Assembly: GCA_002189035.1 (NCBI GenBank)
Contig: NEEC01000020.1
Coordinates: 1,798,001 to 1,862,000 of the forward strand
Origin: Utricularia gibba
Lineage: Eukaryota > Plantae > Magnoliophyta
Reading direction: 5' to 3'
DNA length: 64,000 nucleotides
Shown here piece after piece: positions 1-11,439 of this stretch. The stretch's first letter is position 1. The number at the start of each line of letters is the position of its first letter. The notes under the pieces are model-generated. The model made no database searches. It worked only from the letters and a program-made list of their open reading frames with translations, and was not told where the DNA came from. The position numbers were made by a program, and so were the translations under genes.

Positions 1-1474
1 GAAAGAGAATGAACAAGTTGCCACACGAAAAGGGTAGAAGAAACCTGAATGAAAACTTTCAATGACGGCGATTTGGAAAATGGATCATAAAAATACAGCA
101 TAAACTCCATCATTCCAAGAACCCCAATAAAATCTTGGAAGCACCAGAATCAACCAGAAAAATCCATACAGCATGACTCGAATCCTCATTGTTTAAACTT
201 ACTTGCTCTATTTTCCGTGCTCCAAAATTGAAGGGGAGATGTAAACAGCGAAGCGCCACCCAAAGGGGCTTCACATTTCAAAAGGGATAAGTTGCAATAC
301 GAAAGCACTAGAAGAAACTTACAATGAAATCGAAAGACCTACCACCACACCCACAAATAACAGACAGCAACCATCCGGAAGAACATATTACATATTAATC
401 CACCTAAAGGCTGTAAAACTAGGTGTTCCAAATCTATAAAAAGTACATGGCCAGAAACAAAAGAAAAGGAAGGTTGGTTCTTGGAGTTGTTATATAAAAG
501 CCTCAAAAAGTAAGCAGTAAGTAGACAGCTTCTAGAAAAATGGCAAAAAAAATAACAAGAGGAAATAGCACATCAGCTTCATACACGTGCATACTAAACA
601 GGCCAGAAACCAAAGGTAATAAATTTTCATAGTTTCTAGAATAATACCCTCTTTCTCCAACAAATATGTGCCAAGGAAAACCATCATTCACAAGCAAATA
701 GAATTTTTGCACAAAAGTTCAACAACATTAATCTTGCAAACAAGAAATAAATGCAATAATACAGTGAAGCAAAAAAAAGAAAGACTAAAGCCATACCTTA
801 AGATCCAGAGCAACTCCTCTTCTACAATTTTCTTCCACTTTTTTCAAATCCCAAGAAAAAAAAACAAACTTTAACCTACTTAGAACCAGAAAAAAAGAAA
901 AACATATCCAATCTTCATGTCTTTCCAAATGGTATCTCTACTTCCAAGGAGTTATATTGTAATTGCAACTCCACAATTTAGGAAGCCCAGAACATAGATG
1001 GGATGGGAGGTGGCCAACGAAACTGTTTATCCCCAATCTTGATGCCTTTCCAGTTGTTCGGAAATCTCGAGCTCTTCCTTTACCAGCAAGAGAAGAATGG
1101 GCCATCCTCAATTCGATTTAGGGTTAATGCAGGAATAATCAAATATAAAAAACTTTAAATTTTTTTATTAATTATTATATATTATTAAATAATATTATTA
1201 TTAAACCGGATTCAATTGTGTGGGTCAAATATGCTGAATCGATAAACTATTTGGATCAAATAAATCAAAATCTAAACTTTATCGGGGAAATCTATCATTA
1301 TTGAATGGGTGACTTCTACAGTAACAAAGATTCATGAAATAAATTTGTCAATTTATAAAATATGTGTCAAATACTATTCATGAAACTGCATTGGTCCGTT
1401 ATGCCCATTATAAAAATATATGAATCCGTTATGCCCCAAACCCTTGATTTTTAGGTCAAATATGTAATTATCTC
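1..1474. mobile_element. Right end of a non-autonomous Mutator-like (MULE/MITE) element
   Basis: Terminal ~130 bp ending TTTTAGGTCAAATATGTAATTATCTC (1474) recurs at about 22540-22661. Segment ~20-105 also recurs at ~21922-22010. The other TIR is not in the window. Confidence 0.45.
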
Positions 1475-1804
1475 TTTTTTTATATTTATTTTTAGAAAAT
1501 AACTATTAAGTGTTATTTTCTAGTTAATTATCAGGTATTATTATGTGTTAATTATATATTAAGTTGCTCGATTAGGAATTATATTGATAAGTAATTGATT
1601 TTCCTTAGAAAAACTCTATTTTCCTATATTGTATATATTTTCTGTTTTTTTTCATGCTCTTTGATTGTGACATGTCAGGAGACTGTCGTGGAGTATCGTA
1701 GGAGTATTACAGGAGGTCAGACTCTGACTTTTCGTGCCTTTTACGTGACTTGGAACGACTGTGGGCGGAAGAGTGGCACTGATCAAGGCCCCTGACTTAT
1801 GACA

Positions 1805-2821
1805 TGTTAGAGTCTGCAGCAATGATTGGGCGCTAACTTACACGCAAAGGAAAGCTACTGGCGCACACAAGATAGAATGAATTATAGGAAGGGGACCCAA
1901 AGGAGTTAATGCATATGGGGAGTGAGATAAAAACCGACTTGGAACACTTGTTTAAGAACTTTTGAACTTTTTCGCACTTAGCCTTTGTACTTAGAACTTT
2001 TGAGCTCCTCCTCCCCCAAAGTAGGAAGAACACTTAGCTTCCATTTTCGTTTTTGTTTTAATGGCCCTTTTGAGCTAAACCCCTTTAGCTTTTGGGAGAA
2101 GATGAAGTTTCCTTTCAAGTCTTAAGCAATACATTCGGTTCTTCGCTGAATTCAATTCGGATTTCGCATACTTCCACGCATCTTGTTGCAGTCTTCTGTA
2201 ACGACTCCTAGTTAAGGTCCATGGGCCATTCCTCGTGGATTTTGGTGAAAATCAAGGTGAAGAGCACCAATTCCAACCCTGCCGGTTCAAGGGAAGTAGC
2301 GGATTGTTTGTGGCCTAGGTACTGCGACAGTGGACAGGTTGTGACCTCGGACTTGCCACTGGCCATTGGCAACAGCTGGGCACATGCGCACAATTTGATT
2401 TTGAAGGCAATCGAAGGCAATCCTCTAGTTTTCCTGATCGTCCAAAGGGAATCACATGAGGCTATTCCGTGCCTCCTTGTCAATCAAAGTGTAAGGGAGA
2501 GTAGACTATTCCTTACTCCTATAACCAGCTATTCGGAAGAAATCAGTGAAAACCGAAGCAAGGATGGACAAAGGAAGAAAACGGAATCTCATTCTCAGGA
2601 ACTACATACCGTAGTCAAGGCACATCATTTAGGTTGTAACTTTTATTTCTACATCTTAACACCCCCTTTTGCAAAGCCGTGACATTTTGTAAAAGTTTCT
2701 TGCAAACACTTTTCACGAAAAACATCTCTCTGAGATCGATAATCGAACTACACTTTTTGTGTTCTACGTTTTATAAATATTTAAAATTTGTTGAGAAAAC
2801 GATACGCAGCAATAACCATCA
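1805..2821 (+). mobile_element. LTR-like remnant (TGTTAG...CATCA)
   Basis: TG...CA termini and LTR-like composition. No TSD or PBS found. Confidence 0.35.
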
Positions 2822-2941
2822 ATGGGAGGAGGAAGGATGCTCCTAATTCCACCATCACCTTTACAATGTCTCGTTGTTTGTTATAAGAAATAATCTTCAG
2901 TAGGCTTTTGAGCTAAAGTATCCCCCCCCCCTCCCAATAGT

Positions 2942-4370
2942 TGATAGGCAGCTTTTATCCCCATCTCGGAATGGAGCATGTTTTTCAGGATATTCCTGAG
3001 GACACACATTTTCTCTGAATTTTATAATACAAAATAATTATATTTTATTGTGGTTTAGGTTAGATAAATGTGGTTTTTCATGTTTATGTGTGGTTAAGTT
3101 AATTTTGTGTGTTTATGTTAAAAAGTGGACTAAATCCTTTGATTTAGTCCACCACCTTTCTTACTAATGTTTAACTAAGTTCAGCAGGTAGATCAACCGA
3201 AAAATCAGACTTACAAACGTGTGGAAGAAATGAAAAAAGGCGCAACATCCGAAGAGAGACAAAGAGCATTGTTCTACAGCCGCCTACAGTCTGCAAGTTC
3301 AGGCGGGGAACAGTGCTGAGGTCAAGAACAATGCAATGGAGTGAAGGAGGGAAGATATTTTTTGAAAGAGAGAAGGGAAGCATAGAATGCACACAAGGGG
3401 GCTTCTCCCCAACACGAAAAATACCAACCAGAAGAGGAGAAGGAGGCCTTCATCATCAAGAGCAGCACTAGAGCACAATCCAACACTACTGTTTCAGGCC
3501 ATGAACAGTAGCAACCGGGCGACAGAACAATCTTTATTTCCTTCCGTTTTCTGAACGTTTCGAGTTTCTGTATTTGACTTGCTTACAATGTTCCTGTTAT
3601 TTTCGCCACATTTTCTTAATGAAATCGTGTTTTATTTTCCAAATATGAGTAGTTAGAACCTTAGGAATGTCTTAAGTTGAAGCATGGTGGTGTGGGTCTA
3701 AGATTCTTAATAAAATTCATCATTGTTTATTGGTTCTTGTTTCTATCATTCCATGGGTAGACCTAAGGAGAGAACAAGTAACTTTGCAACTAAGAAGTTT
3801 GGTTTAGAGATAGATCAACAAATCAAGGCGAGCGCAGTAGGTGTTAGTATAGGGTAGAACTAATAGAACCGGGTAGACAAAGTTGTATACGCTTTGCATG
3901 CGGGTAGACCTAATTGTTAGGTTGGTGATGAAGTTGGGAACTAGCTTAGCTGAAAATATGACAAATGACGTGGGTAGACTTAGGCTATTTGAAGTTGTGA
4001 GTCTAGGAACGTGGTAATTTATGTTAATACATTTTAGCACCACACCACCTGCAGATCTTTAAGACATCTTCGTATTATTTTGAGTTAGAACAAGTCCATG
4101 TTACCTTTAGCATTAAGATCTGATATTGTTTACTGATCTTGTTTATTGAACTTGTTTACTACTGTTGGTTTAAGCTTAGACTAAGACTTATTGTTATTCT
4201 GAATTGTGCATTTATTAATACACTGAGCAAGCACAAACTCTTTGTGATCGATCCCATCATCCACTATATAAGTTTTCTAAATTTGTATTTTGTGTAGATT
4301 AGGGCTTATAAATTTATTTGATACGGATTTCTATTTTTATTGCAATGATATTCAGAATTCTCGTTTATCA
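2942..4370 (+). mobile_element. Athila-type LTR (probable solo LTR)
   Basis: TGATAG...CGTTTATCA termini like the other Athila LTRs here. Related to 14470-15550 and to an inverted fragment at 21540-21690 (shared AAAGTGGACTAAATCC TTTGATT motif). No TSD. Confidence 0.55.
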
Positions 4371-4606
4371 ATTCCTCAATCCAAGATTGCTTATCTCATA
4401 GAAAAAAAAATTGCATGCTCAATAGTACCCTTCTTTCCAAAACCGATGTTTAGCCAATACTACTAGTAGCAGCAGCATATGCGCTGGGTGGCTGTGAAAC
4501 AGTTACGGATTGTTTTTTTAAAGTCAAGTCCCGCACATTATGCTGAGTCCTATCCTACTCTACATATTGGCGGCTTTCCTTTCCATTGTAGCCTGGTTAT
4601 GATTAT

Positions 4607-4888
4607 ATCTTTAATTATTTCCAGAAATACTGATGTTACATTTTAAGAAATGAGATAAATGTTTCAGAAACGAGTAAACTTATTTTTCATTTTTCCGGAA
4701 ATGGAAATGAGAAAATTCAGGTTACTTTCAGAAATGATTTAAAATGCAGTTTATAATATTTATTTTAATATTATTTTAACATTATGATTTTCTAAAATGC
4801 ATACAAATGTAACGAAAACTTAATAAAGTAAATTTAATAAATCAATTTTCGAAAATGCCATATCAGTATTTCTAGAAATAAGTAAAGA
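4607..4888. mobile_element. MITE ~530 bp downstream of the LecRK stop codon
   Basis: Imperfect ~28-bp terminal inverted repeat ATCTTTAATTATTTCCAGAAATACTGAT / ATCAGTATTTCTAGAAATAAGTAAAGAT around an AT-rich interior. Confidence 0.55.
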
Positions 4889-5420
4889 TGCTATTAAACA
4901 TTATTTTTAATTGCCAGTCACATATAGTCTCGTATATAAGATCTAGATATCAAATAGTATCTATATCTTTTTTTTCAATTGCAATCGCATCTATAGATCT
5001 AACAAAAAGAATGGTTGTATAAATGACGTCAACTCGTGGGAAATTTTTTTTTTTTTTTACTGGGGATAAAAAAAACATATATGTATATGCTGTGAAAGAG
5101 GTGAAATAAAGAGGAATGAAGAAAGAAGAAAGGCCCCTGTATTTAAAGAGGAAATTTCCAGGGGAAGGATAATCCCCTGCCAACGCTACGCAACACATGG
5201 GTGAAAGAGGTGGGCATTTGGTATTGTAGATCATATCATCATCCCATACCCATACTTGTAAAAAAGAAAAAAAAAGAAAACATGGGAATTCGTAAACTGA
5301 AGGCATCAACTGTTGATTGGTGGAGCATGCAGCTGCGCCTACCCATAATACATTTCCTATCTTTTGAACCCCCATTTCTACCGTTTGGGAATCGGCAACG
5401 TGATACTTGAATTTATGTTC

Positions 5421-7397
5421 TCATCGACCTCCAGCAACAAGCGAACTTGAAATGGAGAAGGCCCCCGAGATGGTAATTGATGACGGCGACAGGAACAATG
5501 GAGGAACTTGGTTAAATCCATGGGAATACGAGGTGTCCCGAGGAATGGAAAACTCCTGTACTTGCAACGTTGATGGGTCCTCGAAATACGCCACAATGTC
5601 TCTCATGCTTGGCCGAACCTCAGGCCGAAGATCAGAACACATCAATCCAAGTTTCAGCGTCAACTCCGCTTCATCCTTGGGGAACTCACCGTTCAACTTC
5701 GGATCCATGGCACCTAGCATTTCATTTTTAATCCACATAGAATAAACCCAGTCTGCTAGCGAAGTTTGTAATCCTATGGGTCGCCTACCAGTTGCAACTT
5801 CGAGTAACAAGGCACCAAAACCATACACATCACTGCTCTTGGTGGCCCTGCCTGTCTGTATTTGCTCTGGTGCAACATAGCCAATAGTTCCGACAAGTCT
5901 CGTGGTTGATGCGTCGGAGCCATGATCCTGTAGTTTTGCGAGGCCAAAGTCACCCAATCTTGCATTCCATTTCTCATCTAACAGCACGTTGCTAGGTTTT
6001 ATGTCCCTATGGATCACAACTTGCTCCCATTCTTCATGAAGGTAAACAAGTCCACTTGCCACGCCTTTTATGATATGAAATCGTTGTTCCCAGTTGAGGT
6101 TGGAGTTTGTTCCGCTATGAAGATGTTTTTCCAAACTCCCGTTGAGCATACACTCATACACCAAAAGGAATTCTCCCTGTCGTCTGCAATAGCCTAGCAA
6201 AGGTACTAGATTTCGGTGACGAAGACGCCCAATGCTACATATTTCAGATACAAATTCTTTCATCCCTTGTTTTGAATCGTGAGAAATCTTCTTCACAGCG
6301 ACTTGAGTGTTGGAGTCACATAATAAGCCTTTATAAACTTTCCCAAATCCTCCTGTTCCCAATAATTGGTCGTCTTTAAAGCCTTTGGTGGCGGCATACA
6401 AATCTTTGTATTTGAATCTATGAGATACGTAGTCTCGTTCCCAATTTTCCATCACCTCCGAGTACTTCCGCTTCCTTGTGAAATAGAAGGTTATAACAAG
6501 GACAAGCGTAGCCAATAAAACGACGAGAATAACGGGCAACCCAAATACCAAAACTCTGGACGGTCTCTGACGCCCAACCTTGGGAAGTTTAGAGAGATTC
6601 AACTGGGGCGCCTGGGCATTGATGGCAAAACTCCACCCCATCACGTAGTGTGAAGTTACAAAGGCAGCCGTTGAGAAACCCACATACATATTCTGATTTA
6701 AGATGGGGGAAAGCTCGTACCTCGTTGAAATGAGAGGTCTTCTAGGTTTGGTAGTGTTCATGGGAGCCAGAGCGACCTCAATTGTTCCAGAGGCCCCATT
6801 ATAGTCAACCCAAAGTTGCATTGGTGTGCTAGTGTTGAGTCCAAGGGAAACAAAATCTCCATTTCGATCATCATAGTATCCAGCGGGAGAGCTCTTGATG
6901 GAGAACATACTATTGATGTCGATGCCAACATGATTAGCATTTGAGTCATTGAACTCGGGGTTCAAAAAGGTGTCAACTTCAACAGCGAAGATGTGATTAG
7001 AAGAGTTGCCGTTGTTGGTCGCGTTGAGAAGGCCGATATAGCCTCTGGGTGAAGAACCAGGTAGGCCCCTGGTTGGCGCGAGGACGAAAGCAATCCCCTG
7101 TCCACAGACTGCTCTAGTTTCTGGAACAATTTGGAAGACAAAATGGGTGGAGAAGGAATAAACGGAAGAGTTATCCGTATCCTTGAATTGAAAAGGGGTT
7201 GGGTAGAAGGCGTGGCCGGTTGTCAGCGCGCTGTCGTTGGATAGCCTGAGCAGGCCGTGTGATTGGATTTGCGCTACACCGTCGAGGGCGAGATCTGAAG
7301 GTTTAAAACCATTGAAGGAGAAGGAAGATGCGGCCAATGAGGGGAAGATCCGCAAAATGAAAGGAAGAAGACACAGGAAAAGAGGAGGCATAGGCAT
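5421..7397 (-). CDS. LecRK: L-type (legume) lectin-domain receptor-like kinase, 658 aa, intronless
   Basis: Signal peptide; legume lectin domain (SFSTHFVF, AVEVDT, NHVGIDIN, HYVMGWSF); TM helix VLVFGLPVILVVLLATLVLVITFYF; complete Ser/Thr kinase (GTGGFGKVYKG, VAVKK, HRDIKPSN, DFG, GTIGYVAPE, DVYGFG). Resembles LecRK clade IV/V-type proteins. Confidence 0.97.
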   Translation of the reverse strand: MPMPPLFLCLLPFILRIFPSLAASSFSFNGFKPSDLALDGVAQIQSHGLLRLSNDSALTTGHAFYPTPFQFKDTDNSSVYSFSTHFVFQIVPETRAVCGQGIAFVLAPTRGLPGSSPRGYIGLLNATNNGNSSNHIFAVEVDTFLNPEFNDSNANHVGIDINSMFSIKSSPAGYYDDRNGDFVSLGLNTSTPMQLWVDYNGASGTIEVALAPMNTTKPRRPLISTRYELSPILNQNMYVGFSTAAFVTSHYVMGWSFAINAQAPQLNLSKLPKVGRQRPSRVLVFGLPVILVVLLATLVLVITFYFTRKRKYSEVMENWERDYVSHRFKYKDLYAATKGFKDDQLLGTGGFGKVYKGLLCDSNTQVAVKKISHDSKQGMKEFVSEICSIGRLRHRNLVPLLGYCRRQGEFLLVYECMLNGSLEKHLHSGTNSNLNWEQRFHIIKGVASGLVYLHEEWEQVVIHRDIKPSNVLLDEKWNARLGDFGLAKLQDHGSDASTTRLVGTIGYVAPEQIQTGRATKSSDVYGFGALLLEVATGRRPIGLQTSLADWVYSMWIKNEMLGAMDPKLNGEFPKDEAELTLKLGLMCSDLRPEVRPSMRDIVAYFEDPSTLQVQEFSIPRDTSYSHGFNQVPPLFLSPSSITISGAFSISSSLVAGGR

Positions 7398-7884
7398 GGG
7401 GTGGGATAAAGCTTAATTATGAAGTCTGAAGGAGTCACAAGAAGGAAGCAAATGGCAGCGGCAAATCAGTAGGCCGTGTTAATTGCTGAAGATGCGTAGG
7501 CTGACTGGCTGGCTTTGGGGCGAGACACCAGTCGCCGGTCGCCGGTCGGTCAACCAAAGATAATAATTGGGTGGTCGTTGGGAGTTGAGAAGGCATTCAG
7601 ATGAAGACAATCTGTATTAAAAATAATAATTGCCTTGGAGAGCAACCTGTTGCCAATCATGATTATCTTCTTCCCCGTCGCATTCCTTGACTTGCTTCAC
7701 TCAAGGTTCCGAAAACTGATTTTTGAAATCATTTTAATAATTACTATATGTTTGTGCAATAAGAGAAGAAGAAGACAGGGGCTCGTAGTTAAAAGTGCAC
7801 ATAAACCCAAAAAGTAATAAAATAAAATCATATCCATAGTAAATTGTTATTAAAATTTTATTTTCAAAACAAAGACATAAAAAG

Positions 7885-9290
7885 ACAAGAAATTTATAAA
7901 CCTAGCTATTCTACTATACAAATAACAGGAATTAATTTAGTATGGCAAGCAAGTGTTGAATCCACAGGGAATAGTTTCAATTTCCCGAAGTTTATCGCAT
8001 TTACTTGAAAACAGGGGGGTTTCTGAGTTTTAGTTCTAACGCGAGTAAAATTTAAAATAATAGTGACTTGAATAAACGAGTTGCAGGGGTAAAAAGGAAT
8101 TAAAATTAACGTGAAGGTGCAGATAACATAAAATAAAAGTAATTTGGCTGGGTTTTAAACCAGGGTCTGGCTCTTGTATCACTCAAGAGAGCCCATAGGC
8201 TTAAACCCAACTTTGGAACGCTTAAAATGAGAGTAAGAGTGTGCGAAAACAAAGTATGCATGTGCAGGAACAGTAAATAGCATACTAAGCTTAAAAGCAA
8301 ACGTGAAAAGCTTAAACAGAAACATGTTTATAAGCTAAAGCAAGGTCTACAAAGAGTTTCCCGTTCACAGCAAGGTACCGAAATGCAGCAGAAAGCATAA
8401 AAATGAAAACAGTAACAATGTCAAGTTCACACAAAAATGGAAGTGCAGAAATGTGCAAATAAAAGTCGTAGGATGCTTATGTGGACTGAAGATCTGCTGG
8501 AAATTGGAGTTTTGGCCGAAAAGGTGGTGTAGACACATAGATCTGGAGGTCGCCGGAGACGTTCGCCGGAGAAACGAAGTTCTCCTTACTCTCGCTCCGC
8601 TACTGTGCATCCCTTTGTGTACTCTTCGTGCACAGTGTACTCTCTTCCTCTCTCTCCCTTCCTTTTCCCTTTTACTCAAGCTTCTAGAAGGGAGATCTCT
8701 GATCCATATCTTATCTCTTCAGAAGGGCGGCTACTTTCGCCCGAAAGTGGCTTTTGCACACCTTTTCTGTCCCTTTTGACTTGTCAACGCGGAAAGTGCG
8801 CTGCTACAGTACTAGCTCTTACTCTGGTAAGACTTAAAACATAAACTAGATGAAATATTAGAGTTTTCACAATAAACATATTTCAACAGTCTAAATATAC
8901 AAAAGAAAGCATTTTAGCACCCTTAGCAATATTTATCCCTACAAAACACACTTAAAAACATATATAAAAATACAATAAAAATAGTGTTATCACACTATCC
9001 TACAACGACTCTAGACTTGTCCTCAAGTCTAAAACAGAAAATCTAAGGTTGAGTATGCTGAGACAAAGAAAAGGTTTCGATTCATGCTATCCATGTAATG
9101 AGTGAAAAGATGATATAGAAGTTACTCACATGCTTCATGTGTTCAAAAATCACATTTGCACTAGCCCTAACTTGATCCTAGCAAGCAGTAACATTCGATT
9201 AGTGACATGTATGGCTTCACCCAGTAAGACACTCAAGACTTATGAGGGTGTTATGGCTGAAAGATAAAAATGATGCACATGAAGGTACTA
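7885..9290 (-). mobile_element. Athila-type element remnant: 3' LTR (7885-8992) plus 3' internal region
   Basis: LTR starts TGATAACAC on the minus strand at 8992, preceded by CTTGAGGACAAG and a degraded PPT as in Athila 3' ends. Homologous over ~1.1 kb to 42533-43669. Confidence 0.7.
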
Positions 9291-9426
9291 AATGAAAATA
9301 AAAAGGGTTGAGAACTTGTTCACTATGGTGAAGCCTTGCTTGCGCAAATTCTGTGCGTGTGACTGTTTTAATATGTTTTTTGACATTTAAATTGAGGTTT
9401 GATTCTGTTTTTCGCAATGTTTTCTT

Positions 9427-9453
9427 GCCGGCACCTTATGAGAAATCAAAGTG

Positions 9454-9520
<67 letters not shown>
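9427..9520 (+). rRNA. 18S rRNA: 18S rRNA gene fragment (94 bp, non-functional)
   Basis: GCACCTTATGAGAAATCAAAG...GGGTTCCGGGGGGAGTATGGTCGCAAGGCTGAAACTTAAAGGAATTGACGGAAGGGCACCACCA is near-identical to the conserved eukaryotic SSU sequence. The flanks are not rDNA. Confidence 0.95.
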
Positions 9521-10213
9521 CGAGAGAATTAAAGGTTGGCCTCAAGCACCTAAGGAGAAGGGCTCAATCGGACATCGTTGGTAAGACACATTCTGTCTAA
9601 TCTGTCTGCAAGGTGTGAGGTGTAGGGGTTAGATTTGGGTGTGGGGAAAACATGGGTTATCACAAGAGGTGAAATGGCTCTGGTGGCGTGGTTGATTCCA
9701 TAGTCCCACTAAACGAGAGACGGTGCTATAACGTTCACTGAGTAGCATTATTTTAGAATAACACCCCCAGAACTTGCGCAAGCAGGTCAGTTTTCAAGAT
9801 TTACACACATGCAAGGACGAGTTTTAAGCAAGGTGAATCCTGGATCCAAGGCCAATTTTCTTATTGTTTTTAAAACCAAATCTTTCTTTTCTTTTCGTTC
9901 TTTTTTTCAGTCTTTGTTTGAAAAGAAAATTCCAATAACAATTCCCTGTGAATACAATCTTATTTTACTATTTTGATGGTTTTCGTGCACTTGCTGAATC
10001 CCCATCAAGTTTTTGGCGCCGTTGCCTGGGAATTTTATTCCTTTGGATTTTTTTTTCTGATTTCATTTTAGGTTATTTCTTATTTTTCTGTTATTTTCAT
10101 AGTTTTTCTCTATTTGCACACTTGCGCAAGCAACTGGTCTTCTCCATATAAAAAAAGAGGTAAAAAAAAAATCTTTTGTTTTCAATTTTCGTTCATCATT
10201 TGCTTGTATAGAT

Positions 10214-11439
10214 ATGAGGAGACTTGATCGAGATGTAACATTTAATCTTGAATTCGAGAATATTGATGGGCGAATTAGATCAAGAATTCGGTCTGCACAA
10301 CAATATTATCCTTGGGTGGCGGATTCTAGGATGCGGTCTCGGAAGATGGACGACTTGTTTTATCCTGAAGATTATCCTGAAGAATCACGTGTTGAGAGAT
10401 GCATTCTTGAGCACAAATCACATGACCATCAGGTAAATCATTTGATATCATATTTAGATTTGACACCTTCACGCAGGTATGACAGGGATCAAGTGATGCT
10501 TGTGCAAGCATGGTCGAAAAAACAAAGCACACTTCCAGCAACAAATCATTACTACACCAGAGAAAGGACTGTGAATGAATCTCATGGTTATTGTAATGAT
10601 ATAAGGTACGAAAAAGATTAGAGGATCAGAAATCAGCAATACACCAGATATCAATCTTATTCATCATAAGATTCAGAGGACAACAATTCTGGAAGTGAAT
10701 CTGAAGATGAAGAGTTAGAGGAGAAATTCGTGAGGCCTAACAGTAGACTTGCGCAAAGAGAAAGTCATGGGAATCAGGTTGACAACAACCAAAACCCAAA
10801 TCAGGGTTGGAGACAACCTCAATGCCCATCTTTTAGAGGTATGATGAGCCAATTCGTCGAAAGAGAAGAGCAGATGAATAATGAATTATTTGATCAAATC
10901 AAGAAGATGAAATATGGGGGTCATTGAGCAATTCAAGCAAGTCAAAGAAGAATTTTTTAGATCAAATGAAGAGACTGCATGGCATGAATGACAAGTTGCA
11001 GCAACTTATAACTAAAAATCAAATGATGGAAGCTCAATTGAATGATTTGGAAGCCATCTACACACCAGACTATTCATGTCAATTGGAAGAGACCCCCACC
11101 AGATGCGAGGATATTGAAACTGAAGATGGAGTTCCAACGATGCGTGTCTCTGACCTTGCGCAAGTTATAGAAGCAGATTGTGTTACACATGAACATTTGC
11201 AAGTAGCAGATCTTTTTGAGGACCACACCCACGAACTATGTGATCAGGACACATATCAAGAGGAGGTTCAAAGGTCCCTAAGCTTCATAGAAAAAAATTT
11301 GAAGGAAGAAGAACTTGTCATCACAAGTGAGAATTTAGTTCAAGAATATGTTTTTGTTTTTGACAAAGATTTCTTTTGTAGAATGCACCAATTCAAGGAA
11401 GCTTCTATCACAATTCCATGCATTGATTCCATGCACTAG
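10214..11439 (+). pseudogene. Degenerate gag-derived ORF (~400 codons; 2 in-frame stops, 1 frameshift near 10915)
   Basis: ORFs 10214-10621 and 10730-10927 share a frame; 10924-11439 follows after a shift. The N-terminus MRRLDRDVTFNLEFE and NPNQGWRQ...QMMEAQLNDL resemble Athila gag ends. No capsid core motif is visible. Confidence 0.55.

Noticed and set aside
2208-2682. 153-aa and 91-aa ORFs
   Set aside because: Inside an LTR-like remnant with no protein motif.
4950-6949. Short ORFs overlapping or antisense to the LecRK and its 3' region
   Set aside because: No recognisable domains; by-products of the LecRK coding sequence and UTR.
9427-9520. Functional rDNA locus
   Set aside because: Only 94 bp, with no ITS, 5.8S or 25S sequence nearby.
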